Of a stretch of DNA of 64,000 bases, positions 25,391 to 34,977 are shown piece by piece (position 1 is the first letter of the stretch; each line of letters opens with the position of its first letter). The DNA lies in NCBI GenBank assembly GCA_034434915.1, contig DAOTYE010000004.1, positions 10,206 to 74,205 on the forward strand, written 5' to 3'. A program made the translations under genes and the position numbers. The notes under the pieces are model-generated. The model ran no database searches. It was not told the DNA's origin and saw only the letters and a program-made list of their open reading frames with translations. The stretch comes from Dehalococcoidales bacterium. Its GTDB lineage: Bacteria > Chloroflexota > Dehalococcoidia > Dehalococcoidales > RBG-16-60-22.

Positions 25391-26326
25391 ATGAGTGAAG
25401 CTTTTGCCATTGAGACCCATGACCTCACCAAGCGCTACGATGGGACAACCGTCGTTGACCACCTGAATTTGCACATCCGCGAAAATGAGGTCTTTGGACT
25501 GCTCGGTCCGAACGGAGCCGGCAAAACCACCACCATCCTGATGTTGCTCGGCTTGACTGAGCCTGCCTCAGGAACGGCGCGTGTGTTCGGGTTTGACCCC
25601 GTCCGCGAGCCGCTCCAGGTGAAAAAACTTGTCGGCTATCTGCCGGAGAAAGTGGGCTTTTATGAAAACCTCACCGCCCGGGAGAACCTCATGTTCATCA
25701 CTGACCTCAATGGCATGAGCTATAAAGAGGGACGCCTGCGCGCCAATGAGGTGCTGGAGATGGTGGGTTTGAAGGACAGGGCGGACATGACCGTGAACAA
25801 GTTCTCCCGCGGCATGAAACAGCGCCTCGGCATCGCTGATGTCCTGGTCAAGAAGCCAAAGCTCGTTTTCCTTGATGAGCCCACATCCGGGCTTGACCCA
25901 GAGGGCATCAACCGCCTCCTTGACCTCATCGCCAAACTGCCCAAGATGGGCACCACCGTTGTCCTTTCCTCTCACCAGCTCTACCAGGTGCAGAGAGTCT
26001 GTGATAGCGTGGGCATCCTGAGCAAAGGCAAGATGGTCATTCAGGGCTCCATTCAAGAACTGGGCAGGAAAGCGCTAGCGGGTGGACGTTACGTCATTGA
26101 GGTGCAAACGGAAAACCCGACCGCTCAACTTGTTGACGTTATCCGGGGCATTAAGGGCGTCTCCAGCGTGGAAATTCAGGACAATAACCTGCTTATCACC
26201 ACAGAGGCAGACCTGAGAGCAGAAATATCAAAAGCAATTGTGCAGAACAACTTTATGCTTATCCAGATGAAGATTCAGGAATTTTCCCTGGATGATATCT
26301 ATATGAAATATTTCAAGGAGAATTGA
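25391..26326 (+). CDS. ABC transporter ATP-binding protein
   Basis: Walker A GPNGAGKTT, signature FSRGMKQRL, Walker B LVFLDEPTSGLD. Confidence 0.9.
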   Translation: MSEAFAIETHDLTKRYDGTTVVDHLNLHIRENEVFGLLGPNGAGKTTTILMLLGLTEPASGTARVFGFDPVREPLQVKKLVGYLPEKVGFYENLTARENLMFITDLNGMSYKEGRLRANEVLEMVGLKDRADMTVNKFSRGMKQRLGIADVLVKKPKLVFLDEPTSGLDPEGINRLLDLIAKLPKMGTTVVLSSHQLYQVQRVCDSVGILSKGKMVIQGSIQELGRKALAGGRYVIEVQTENPTAQLVDVIRGIKGVSSVEIQDNNLLITTEADLRAEISKAIVQNNFMLIQMKIQEFSLDDIYMKYFKEN

Positions 26327-27258
26327 CAGTGGCGGCTATCCTGCGTAAAGAACTGGCGGACTATTTTACCAGCATACGGTTTATCATATTTTTTGCCCTG
26401 ACATTTCTGGCGGCGGCGGCAGGTTTGCTGGCGGCTTCTCAGAGAATCCGCAGCTTCAACATACCGGAAGGCTTTGTTTTCCTGGGACTTTATACCACAC
26501 CGGGGACAGTCCTGCCGTCACTCGCGACTCTGCTGACTTTCCTCATACCACTTATCGGCATTGCGCTTGGCTTTGATGCCATCAATAGTGAACGCACCGG
26601 AGGCACACTGAGCCGCATCCTCTCTCAGCCAATCTTCAGGGATAGCGTCATCAACGGCAAGTTCCTCGCCGGCGTGGTTACCATGACGGTAATGATTGGC
26701 ACCACCCTGGGGCTGGTCGCCGGCTACGGTTTAGCCATGATCGGCGTCCCGCCCAAGCCGGAGGAAATCATCCGGCTCTTCATCTTTTTGGTTCTGGCGA
26801 TTGCCTACGGAGCATTCTGGCTGGGCCTTGCCATGCTCTTCTCCATAGTGCTAAAACGGGTGGCATCATCCTTGCTGATTTCACTGGGTGTCTGGTTATT
26901 TTTCAGCATCTTTATCTCGCTCGTTGCGCCGGCAATCGCCAACGCCATTTCGCCGATTTCACCAGGCGGGCAGGAGGCAGAAGCCATCCGCAACTATGAG
27001 ATACAGCAGATGGTACTGCGCTTTTCGCCCAACACGCTTTTCCAAGAGGCGACCAATGCGCTTCTCCTGCCGATGATTGTAGGAAGTCTGGGAGCGGTTT
27101 CCTCCGCTCAGGCTTCTTTCATGATAGCCAACCCGCTGAGCTTCACCCAGAGCCTTGTCCTCGTCTGGCCACATCTTACCACCCTTATCAGCCTGAGCGT
27201 CATCTGCTTTGCCATAAGCTATGTGATGTTTATGCGGCAGGAAATCAGAGCTACCTGA
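26323..27258 (+). CDS. ABC-2 type transporter permease
   Basis: 311 aa polytopic membrane protein. TTG 26323 overlaps the upstream stop. GTG 26329 is better spaced from the AAGGAG SD. Confidence 0.7.
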   Translation: MTVAAILRKELADYFTSIRFIIFFALTFLAAAAGLLAASQRIRSFNIPEGFVFLGLYTTPGTVLPSLATLLTFLIPLIGIALGFDAINSERTGGTLSRILSQPIFRDSVINGKFLAGVVTMTVMIGTTLGLVAGYGLAMIGVPPKPEEIIRLFIFLVLAIAYGAFWLGLAMLFSIVLKRVASSLLISLGVWLFFSIFISLVAPAIANAISPISPGGQEAEAIRNYEIQQMVLRFSPNTLFQEATNALLLPMIVGSLGAVSSAQASFMIANPLSFTQSLVLVWPHLTTLISLSVICFAISYVMFMRQEIRAT

Positions 27259-27282
27259 CACCAGCAATACAGGCAAAAATTT

Positions 27283-27313
27283 AGCGAGGGGTTTGAAAGC
27301 CCCTCGCTTTTTA
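27283..27313. terminator. Bidirectional intrinsic terminator between convergent genes
   Basis: Stem AGCGAGGGG (27283-27291) pairs with CCCCTCGCT (27300-27308). Flanked by an A-run upstream and TTTTTAT downstream. Confidence 0.75.
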
Positions 27314-27329
27314 TCTTCCCTTTAAATTC

Positions 27330-29408
27330 TCAGGCTTTTTCTTTCTCAGTTTCCTTCTCAGCCTGCCGTGCCTGGACTATCTTCTGGGCGATGTGCGCTG
27401 GCACTTCTTCATAATGGCTGAACTGCATGGTATAGGTGCCCCTGCCCTGGGTAAGTGAGCGCAAGTCAATAGCATAGCGCTGGACTTCCGCCAAAGGCAC
27501 CTGTGCTTCAATAACATTCTTATCACCATCAGGCGTCATGCCCATCACGCGACCACGCTTGGTATTCAAGTCGCTGAGGATATCGCCGGTGGTGTCCCCG
27601 GGCACAGTAATCTTGATGTTTACAATCGGCTCAAGCAGAATAGGATTACCCTCAGCCAGCCCTTTCTTAAATGCGCCGGCGCCGGCAATCTTGAAACAGA
27701 TATCAGACGAGTCAACAGGGTGGAAACTGCCGTCATAGAGCGTGGCCCTGACATCCACGACCGGAAAGCCGGCGAGAACGCCTTCATGCATCGCCTCTTT
27801 GACACCCTTCTCCACCGCCGGAATATAGTTGCGCGGCACCGCACCGCCTACCACCCTTTCCGTGAACTCAACGCCACTGCCCCTGGGCAATGGCTCCAGC
27901 TCCATGATGACATGCCCGTACTGCCCGTGACCACCGCTCTGCTTCTTATGCTTGAACTCAGCATTTGCTTTGGTGGTGATGGTCTCCTTATACGGCACCT
28001 TGGGAGTGGTCAGCTCTACATTCACGCCGAACTTGCGCATCATCTTGTCAGCAGATACTGATACCTGCGTCTCGCCCATACCGTAGAGCACAGTTTCCCC
28101 GGTGTCCGGGTCGCGCTGGACCTTGAGGGTGGGGTCTTCATCGGCAATTCTGCTCAGAGCCGCACCGAGCTTGTCCAGGTCCGCTTTTGTCTTGGGATAG
28201 ACCGCCATGCCGTAGATAGGCTCAGGAAACTTAAGAGGCGGCAGTTTTACCGGCTTGTCCTGTCTGCACAAGGTATCTCCGGTGCCGGTCACATTGAGCT
28301 TGGCTACTGCGCCGATATCTCCGGCTGTGATTTTAGCCACCGGCTCCTGGGTTTTTCCTCTCAGAATGAATAGCTGTCCGATACGCTCCGCACTGCCCCT
28401 GCTGGAGTTCCACACCACAGAGTTGCTCTCAATGGCGCCACTGAAGATGCGGAAGTAGGTCAGCTTGCCCACGTATGGGTCAGCGCTTGTCTTGAAAACA
28501 AGCGCGGCAAGAGGCGCGTCTTCCGCTGGCTTCATTTTCTGCTCTGTGGAATCGCTCAGGATAACAAACTCGCGCTCCTTCGGTGAGGGCAGGTAGTCAT
28601 AAATGGCATCAAGCAAGAAATTCATGCCGAAGTTCTGAAGCGCCGAACCCGCCAGCACCGGTACGATGCGGCCGGTAGCTACACCCTGCCGCAGACCGTT
28701 TTTCAGCTCTTCCGGAGTCAATTCTCCGCCGCCCAGGTACTTCTCAATGAGCTTATCGTCAGTCTCCGCAATGGCTTCCACCAGCTTTTCGCGGAAGGAG
28801 GCCACCCTGTCTTTAAGGTCAGCTGGCATCTCAGTTTCCTTAGCCGGGGAGCCGGTGAATGCTTTCAGCGTCATAAGGTCAACAACGCCCTTAAACCCGG
28901 TATGTGCGCCTATGGCTACCTGCACCGGCAGGCATTTATTGCCCAGTTTGGTGCGGATGGCTTCCACGGTGCGGAAGAAATCAGCGTTCTCACGGTCCAT
29001 CTTGTTCACAAAGATGATGCGCGGCAACTGCGCTTCCTCGCAGTACTTCCAGACCTGCTCTGTGCCCACCTCTACGCCGGAGGCGGCGCACACAGCAATG
29101 ACAGCGCTCTCACTCACGCGCATCGCCGCGATGACATCAGCTACAAAGTCAGCATAGCCCGGGGTATCAATAATATTGATTTTGGTGTCGCGCCACTGGC
29201 ACGGCAAAAGAGATAGCTTGATGCTTATTTTGCGCTTGACTTCATCCGGGTCATAGTCACCGGTGGTGCTCCCTTCGTCAACCTTGCCCATTCTGTTTAT
29301 GGCGCCGGCGGTGAAGAGAATGGCTTCACCCATTGATGTTTTGCCGGCACCTGAGTGGGAAAGGAGCACAGTATTGCGGATTTTGTCTAAAGTAACCTGC
29401 TGTGCCAT
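27330..29408 (-). CDS. Elongation factor G paralog (EF-G-like translational GTPase)
   Basis: 692 aa with the five-domain EF-G layout. G1 SHSGAGKTS, G3 DTPGYADF, G4 NKMD. Not located in an rpsL-rpsG-fusA context. Confidence 0.85.
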   Translation of the reverse strand: MAQQVTLDKIRNTVLLSHSGAGKTSMGEAILFTAGAINRMGKVDEGSTTGDYDPDEVKRKISIKLSLLPCQWRDTKINIIDTPGYADFVADVIAAMRVSESAVIAVCAASGVEVGTEQVWKYCEEAQLPRIIFVNKMDRENADFFRTVEAIRTKLGNKCLPVQVAIGAHTGFKGVVDLMTLKAFTGSPAKETEMPADLKDRVASFREKLVEAIAETDDKLIEKYLGGGELTPEELKNGLRQGVATGRIVPVLAGSALQNFGMNFLLDAIYDYLPSPKEREFVILSDSTEQKMKPAEDAPLAALVFKTSADPYVGKLTYFRIFSGAIESNSVVWNSSRGSAERIGQLFILRGKTQEPVAKITAGDIGAVAKLNVTGTGDTLCRQDKPVKLPPLKFPEPIYGMAVYPKTKADLDKLGAALSRIADEDPTLKVQRDPDTGETVLYGMGETQVSVSADKMMRKFGVNVELTTPKVPYKETITTKANAEFKHKKQSGGHGQYGHVIMELEPLPRGSGVEFTERVVGGAVPRNYIPAVEKGVKEAMHEGVLAGFPVVDVRATLYDGSFHPVDSSDICFKIAGAGAFKKGLAEGNPILLEPIVNIKITVPGDTTGDILSDLNTKRGRVMGMTPDGDKNVIEAQVPLAEVQRYAIDLRSLTQGRGTYTMQFSHYEEVPAHIAQKIVQARQAEKETEKEKA

Positions 29409-29446
29409 GGTATCACCTGCTCTCTAGGTAACGTTACGGAATACTA

Positions 29447-29475
29447 TTATACCCGCAATGAGGGCATGACGGCAA
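29447..29475 (-). promoter_or_regulatory. Candidate promoter of the EF-G paralog
   Basis: On the minus strand: TTGCCG (29470-29475), 17 nt spacer, TATAAT (29447-29452). Confidence 0.5.
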
Positions 29476-29483
29476 ATGTGGCG

Positions 29484-30212
29484 CTAGAAATCAGGAATGG
29501 GCGGGAGAGCGCGTTTATGGGCATTAGCATTCAGCCTGGCTTCTATCTTCGCCTTGATTTCCGGCGGGACTCTGCCACCCAGCAGGTAGCCGTCAACAAA
29601 ATCGTAGCTGAAGCCTAATTCTCCCTCTGAAGTCTGCCCTGCCCACAGTCCGGCTGACGGAGGCTTGGCGATAATTTCTTCCGGCACTCCGAGAAACCTA
29701 GCAAGCTCTTTCACCTGCCGTTTGACCAGATTGCCCAGGGGCATGATGTCCACACCGCCATCGCCATACTTGGTGAAATAGCCCACCGCCAGCTCGCTCC
29801 GATTACTTGAGCCCACCACCAGGTATTTGAGCTGGTTGGCGATGTAGTATAGAGTGACCATCCTGAGCCTTGACTTGAGATTGGCTTGCGCCAGACGGCG
29901 GTCAGCCTCGTCCTTTTTGAAATCGGGCAGGAGCTTTACCAGTTTTTCAAAAATTTCGTCAAGGCAGACTTCAACAGTGGAGATACCAAATTTTTCCGCC
30001 ACCAGCAGGGCATGGGCTTTATCCTGCTCATTGCTGTAGCACGGCATGATGACGCCCAGCGTGGCATCAGGAAGCGCCTTCTTACATACTGCCGCCAGCA
30101 GGGAGGAATCAATACCGCCACTCAGTCCAATCACCACCCCCTTACACCCCGCTGTCTTCACCTTTTCCTTCAGCCAGATAATCAGTTTATCCACCAATTG
30201 TGCATTATCCAT
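29484..30212 (-). CDS. nadE: Ammonia-dependent NAD+ synthetase
   Basis: PP-loop motif GLSGGIDSS. 242 aa. Confidence 0.85.
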   Translation of the reverse strand: MDNAQLVDKLIIWLKEKVKTAGCKGVVIGLSGGIDSSLLAAVCKKALPDATLGVIMPCYSNEQDKAHALLVAEKFGISTVEVCLDEIFEKLVKLLPDFKKDEADRRLAQANLKSRLRMVTLYYIANQLKYLVVGSSNRSELAVGYFTKYGDGGVDIMPLGNLVKRQVKELARFLGVPEEIIAKPPSAGLWAGQTSEGELGFSYDFVDGYLLGGRVPPEIKAKIEARLNANAHKRALPPIPDF

Positions 30213-30283
30213 AAAGCCCTCCGCGCGAGTTGTAACCAGTATACCCGCCTGTGGGCACTGTGGTCAAAACCCGTCAGAACATG

Positions 30284-30312
30284 CTTGACCCCTCTGCGGA
30301 AAAGACGTAAAC
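30284..30312 (+). promoter_or_regulatory. Candidate promoter for the fmdB-like/DUF763 genes
   Basis: TTGACC (30284-30289), 17 nt spacer, TAAACT (30307-30312). Confidence 0.45.
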
Positions 30313-30331
30313 TTAAAACGGGTGAGATGAA

Positions 30332-30562
30332 ATGCCCATCTATGAATACGTCTGCAATGAATGCGGATGCAAGTTTGAGCTGATGCGCCCCATCAGTCAG
30401 GCTGATGACAGAGCTGACTGCCCCAAGTGCCAGAAAACTGCCCGCAGGACTGTTTCCCGGTTTGCTTCTTTTTCTAAAAGCGCTTCCGGCGCCAGCACGG
30501 CCATCGGCGGCAGTTCATGCAGTGGCTGTAGCTCCTCCAGTTGTGCCACCTGCGGACACTAA
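30332..30562 (+). CDS. FmdB-family zinc-ribbon protein
   Basis: MPIYEYVCNECG...CPKC CxxC-CxxC signature with a Ser/Cys-rich tail. Confidence 0.8.
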   Translation: MPIYEYVCNECGCKFELMRPISQADDRADCPKCQKTARRTVSRFASFSKSASGASTAIGGSSCSGCSSSSCATCGH

Positions 30563-30573
30563 CCGGAGCAAAT

Positions 30574-31662
30574 GTGGCTACACGCACCGGCATCGCCAAT
30601 CTGCCTCTCCACCACGGCAAAGCTCCACCCTGGCTTTTCCAGCGCATGGTAAGGCTGGCGCGGGAAATCACCATCGCCATCGTAATTGAGTTCGGTCCGG
30701 AAGAAGTGCTGAGACGGCTCTCCCACCCTTACTGGTTCCAGGCACTGGGCTGTGTGCTGGGCTTTGACTGGCACTCCAGCGGGGTGACCACTACCCTCTG
30801 CGGCGCACTCAAGGAGGGGTTAAAAGGAATGGAACGCCGCCTCGGTTTGTTCGTCGCCGGCGGCAAGGGCAGGACATCGCGCCAGACCCCGGGTGAAATA
30901 GAGACCTGGGGCGACCGTCTTTCCCTTAATCCGGCACCTCTGGTATATGCCAGCCGCATGTCCGCCAAAGTAGACAGTGCCGCCCTCCAGGACGGCTACC
31001 AGCTCTACCACCACACCTTCTTGTTCACCAGCAAAGGCTTCTGGGCGGTGGTGCAACAGGGAATGAACGAGACCAACCGCTACGCCCGCCGTTACCACTG
31101 GCTGGGGGAGACGGTGAGCGACTTCGTCAATGAACCACACGCCGGCATCCTTACTGAAAAAACAGGCACCGCCCTGAACCTGGTGGCAAGCGAAAGCTCC
31201 CCGGCGCGGATTACCATCACCGGTATTGCCACTGAAGAAAAGCCGGAGAAAGTCATCGCTGACCTGAAAAAGTTGAAAACGCTGACCCTGCCCCGCCGCC
31301 ATGAAATAATGTTGAATGACCTCCACCCTGATAGTTTGAGCAAAATTGTCCTCAGCACCTATGAGCGCCAGCCGCAGAACTTTGAGCAGTTGCTGAGCCT
31401 GCCCGGCGTGGGACCAAAGACCATCCGCGCCCTGAGCCTTATCTCGGAATTGATTTACGGCGTCCCGCCCAGCTACCGCGACCCCGCCCGCTATAGCTTT
31501 GCCCACGGCGGCAAGGACGGTATCCCATACCCAGTGGACAGGAAGACATACGACCAGAGCATTGAAGTCTTGCACCGTGCTATTATAAAGGCAAAGCTTG
31601 GACTGAGTGAAAAGAACGAGGCAATGAACAGATTGGGCAGAATGAGCAGTGAACTAGCTTGA
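30574..31662 (+). CDS. DUF763-domain protein
   Basis: LPLHHGKAPPWLFQRM...YWFQALGCVLGFDWHSSGVTTT is as I recall for DUF763. Start set at GTG 30574, 6 nt after GGAG. Confidence 0.6.
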   Translation: MATRTGIANLPLHHGKAPPWLFQRMVRLAREITIAIVIEFGPEEVLRRLSHPYWFQALGCVLGFDWHSSGVTTTLCGALKEGLKGMERRLGLFVAGGKGRTSRQTPGEIETWGDRLSLNPAPLVYASRMSAKVDSAALQDGYQLYHHTFLFTSKGFWAVVQQGMNETNRYARRYHWLGETVSDFVNEPHAGILTEKTGTALNLVASESSPARITITGIATEEKPEKVIADLKKLKTLTLPRRHEIMLNDLHPDSLSKIVLSTYERQPQNFEQLLSLPGVGPKTIRALSLISELIYGVPPSYRDPARYSFAHGGKDGIPYPVDRKTYDQSIEVLHRAIIKAKLGLSEKNEAMNRLGRMSSELA

Positions 31663-31677
31663 AAGGAGCGCTAACCG

Positions 31678-32982
31678 ATGTCAAACGCAGAGCTCGCCAG
31701 AAGGGCAAACAAAGTATTAGCCGGCGCCCATACTAACCTGCCGGGCAGCGGTTTTTCCCCCCGTTTTATCGTCAGGGCTGAGGGATGTCATCTCTGGGAC
31801 GCGGACGGGAAAGAGTATATTGACTTTGTCCTATCAGCGGGACCGCTCATCTTCGGGCACAATAACCCGGAATACATTCAGGCGCTGAAGCAACAACTGG
31901 ATGTGTTGTGGTCGCTGAACTCCACCATTTATCAGGAAGCGGCGATAGAGGTGGAGGCGGCGGAAAAAATCGCCCAGCACGTGCCCTGCGCGGAAAAAGT
32001 CCATTTTAACCCCACTGGCACGGAGACTGTCCAGCTTGCCCTCAGGCTTGCCCGCGCCTATACCCGCCGCCCTTATTTCATCCGCTTTGAAGGGCATTAT
32101 CACGGCTGGTTTGACAATATCCTGGGCGGAAGCGTGGCTGAAACAACAGAAGAAAAACCTTTTCCTATAGAAAACCCGGAAACGCTGACAGCCGCCGGCA
32201 GAGACCCGGCGTCCTTAAAACAGGGCTTCCTCCTGCCGTGGAACGATGCCGATGTTCTGGAACAGGTCCTCAAAAAATACGGGGAAGAAGTGGCGCTGGT
32301 TATCATGGAGCCAATCCTGTGCAATGCCGGCTGTTGTCCGCCCAGGCAGGGGTATCTGGAAAAAGTGAGAGAGCTATGCACGAAGTACGGCGTCGTCCTG
32401 TGCTTTGACGAGGTCATCACCGGTTTCAGAGTAGGGCTTAGCTGTGCCCAGGGCATGCTGGGAGTGACGCCGGACATCGCCACCTTCGGCAAAGCGATGG
32501 CGGGCGGTCTTCCGCTGGCTGGTTTTGCCGGCAGGAAAGACATGATGGACCTCATGCTACAGGGAAAAGTGACTTCTGGAGGGACCTTCGGCAGATATCC
32601 TCTGGGCATGGCTGGCGTGGTGGCAAGCGTAAAGATTCTGGAAAAGGACAACGGCGCGTTCTACCGGAAGATTGACCGCACCCAGAAGCGCCTGGAGGAC
32701 GGACTGCGGGAAATCAGCAAGCGGCGCGGCATACCCCTGTTCATTCAGGGCACAAGAGGCGTCTTCATCACCCGCTTCATGGATACGGACAAGAAGGTGG
32801 CCTATACCGTCAGGGACTTCAAGGGAGTGGACGCTCAGAAGGAGCGGCGCTGGGCGGAGATGATGGCAGAGGAAGGGATTATCCTCATGTTCGGCGGCAG
32901 GTTTTATATCAGCTCTGCCCACACTGATGCTGATATAGACCGGGCGCTTGAGTGTGCGGATAAAGTGATGGGGAGAATGTAG
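31678..32982 (+). CDS. Class-III aminotransferase (glutamate-1-semialdehyde aminomutase-like family)
   Basis: Motifs DEVITGFRV and TFGKAMAGG (PLP Lys). Confidence 0.8.
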   Translation: MSNAELARRANKVLAGAHTNLPGSGFSPRFIVRAEGCHLWDADGKEYIDFVLSAGPLIFGHNNPEYIQALKQQLDVLWSLNSTIYQEAAIEVEAAEKIAQHVPCAEKVHFNPTGTETVQLALRLARAYTRRPYFIRFEGHYHGWFDNILGGSVAETTEEKPFPIENPETLTAAGRDPASLKQGFLLPWNDADVLEQVLKKYGEEVALVIMEPILCNAGCCPPRQGYLEKVRELCTKYGVVLCFDEVITGFRVGLSCAQGMLGVTPDIATFGKAMAGGLPLAGFAGRKDMMDLMLQGKVTSGGTFGRYPLGMAGVVASVKILEKDNGAFYRKIDRTQKRLEDGLREISKRRGIPLFIQGTRGVFITRFMDTDKKVAYTVRDFKGVDAQKERRWAEMMAEEGIILMFGGRFYISSAHTDADIDRALECADKVMGRM

Positions 32983-33158
32983 GCAAGAAAGCCTTCAGCC
33001 CGGCGTGTCAGAGAGTTCGTGAGATATGCACAGGATGAGTACGAGACCGGTTATGAGGTCAGTATAGCGCTAATGAGCGCGCTATTTACTATTTAACAGA
33101 GCGACCGGCTCATTGCGTTCCCCGTTCAGCACATCGCCTGAAGCATACTGAGGTTACT

Positions 33159-33365
33159 TCAGTGGCAGGTCATAGACGCGCCGTTGCTTTTATAGTAGTG
33201 CCCGCCGGAAGTATCCATCAGTTTGCTGATGCCTTCATTATTTTCCCAGAGCAGTGAGACAGCGCACTCAAGATAGTGCTTGGACAGCAGGTAGCCAACC
33301 GCCTGTGAGGCAAGGAGTGCTGGTATGCCCAGCCGGCGATACTGCGGCTTTATGCCCAGGAACAT
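33159..33365 (-). pseudogene. GNAT acetyltransferase C-terminal fragment
   Basis: Contains the acetyl-CoA-binding motif region (IKPQYRRLGIPALL) only. There is no room for the N-terminal half, because the upstream gene ends at 33411. Confidence 0.45.
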
Positions 33366-33410
33366 GCCTCTAACCGCGCGTCTCCAAATGGTATTTCTTC
33401 AATGGTGAGG

Positions 33411-34094
33411 CTATTTGCAAGCATCTTTATCACCCGGCAATGCCAGTTTCTTCAGACCGCCGATGACATCATTGAAATCCTCAAACGGGGTGTGGGGTAT
33501 CCTCTCTTCCCGGCAGAGCTCCAGAAGAGAACCGCGGGCAAAAGTATGATGAGCCTCACGCGCGGGGTAAATATCAGATGAGCCATCTCCGATATAGATG
33601 ACACGGTAGCCCTGCTCCCGGTACCGCCGGGTGAAAAACGTCTTGAAGTGGTCATCAATATACCTGCCGTCAGGGGTGAAGAACTTCACTTCAAGTCCCT
33701 CCGGCTTGAAAGTGGTGCGCGCCGCAAAGACTCTCAGATGGTTCAGACCGGCTTCCTTCAGCACATAGTCAATATAAAAATCCAGCCCGTTGCTGGTGAC
33801 GATGAAGTCATAGCCTTTCTGCCGGCAATAAGCCAGCAACTCCCTGAAGCCGGGGCGAATCTTCACCGCCCGTTTCTTCAAGAAGTCAAGAAGGGTGTCT
33901 TTACTTTCTTTTACCGCACTGAAGAGGATGCGATTGAACTCCCCCACCGTCAGTTTCTCCGCCTTGTAATCATCCAAGTATTTGCGCCAGTCCTTTTCGC
34001 CAAAGGCGTCAAGGAGAAGAAAGCTGATATCTTCTTCAGTAACGGTGCCATCAAAATCGCACTGAACGATTGTTTTCTTCAAGGGTGGAGACAT
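33411..34094 (-). CDS. HAD-IB phosphatase (MtnX-like, 2,3-diketo-5-methylthio-1-phosphopentane phosphatase family)
   Basis: DFDGTVT nucleophile motif, VTSNG, and IGDGSSD. Confidence 0.65.
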   Translation of the reverse strand: MSPPLKKTIVQCDFDGTVTEEDISFLLLDAFGEKDWRKYLDDYKAEKLTVGEFNRILFSAVKESKDTLLDFLKKRAVKIRPGFRELLAYCRQKGYDFIVTSNGLDFYIDYVLKEAGLNHLRVFAARTTFKPEGLEVKFFTPDGRYIDDHFKTFFTRRYREQGYRVIYIGDGSSDIYPAREAHHTFARGSLLELCREERIPHTPFEDFNDVIGGLKKLALPGDKDACK

Positions 34095-34237
34095 GGATAA
34101 TTAGAGACTCCTTATAAAACAAAAAGTGGGTGTGCCCATTTTCACTATACAGGAGAGCTATCTTCAGGGTCAAATGGAGAAATTCACCTGTGGCAGTCAA
34201 GACCTGCTGATGCTAAAATAAAATCGGTTATCCGGCG

Positions 34238-34975
34238 ATGACACGCACATACTACATCGGCGCATCAGGCTGGCATTATGACCACTGGCAGGGACGGTTT
34301 TACCCTGAAGACCTGCCCCGCTCAGACTGGCTGTCTTTTTACTCCCGGCAGTTCAGCACCGTTGAACTCAATGCCAGCTTCTACCGCCTGCCCACTGAGA
34401 ACGCCTTTATGAAATGGTACCGTGCATCACCAGCAGAATTCCTCTTTGCGGTGAAGGTCAGCCGTTTCATCACCCATATAAAACAACTCAAGGACGCGGA
34501 GGAACCATTGAAAACCTTTCTTGCCAGGACCGCTCTGCTTAAAGAAAAACTCGGTCCACTGCTTTACCAGCTCCCGCCCGGACTTCACCGCGACGACGAA
34601 AGGCTTGAGTCATTCCTGAATATCCTGCCCGGGAACCTTCAACACGCCTTTGAGTTCCGCCACGAGTCGTGGTTAGACGAGGCGGTATTTGAGCTCTTAC
34701 GACGTTATCACGCTGGTCTTTGCATCTTTGACATGCCCTCGCTCACCTGCCCGCCCGTGGCGACAGCTGACTTCGCCTATGTCCGCTTCCATGGCAGTCA
34801 GGGTCTCTATTCCAGTTGCTATTCAGATGAAGAGCTTGCCGGCTGGGCAAGCCGCATCGCCGGACTGCCGGAACACGTGAGAACGGTTTACATCTATTTC
34901 AATAATGATGCTCAGGGCTACGCGCTGAAAAACGCACAGACTTTGCGCGGCTATCTTCAACAAGAAAAGAGGTAA
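34238..34975 (+). CDS. DUF72 (YecE-like) protein
   Basis: YIGASGWHYDHWQGRFYPEDL...FSTVELNASFY signature. Confidence 0.8.
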   Translation: MTRTYYIGASGWHYDHWQGRFYPEDLPRSDWLSFYSRQFSTVELNASFYRLPTENAFMKWYRASPAEFLFAVKVSRFITHIKQLKDAEEPLKTFLARTALLKEKLGPLLYQLPPGLHRDDERLESFLNILPGNLQHAFEFRHESWLDEAVFELLRRYHAGLCIFDMPSLTCPPVATADFAYVRFHGSQGLYSSCYSDEELAGWASRIAGLPEHVRTVYIYFNNDAQGYALKNAQTLRGYLQQEKR

Positions 34976-34977
34976 CT

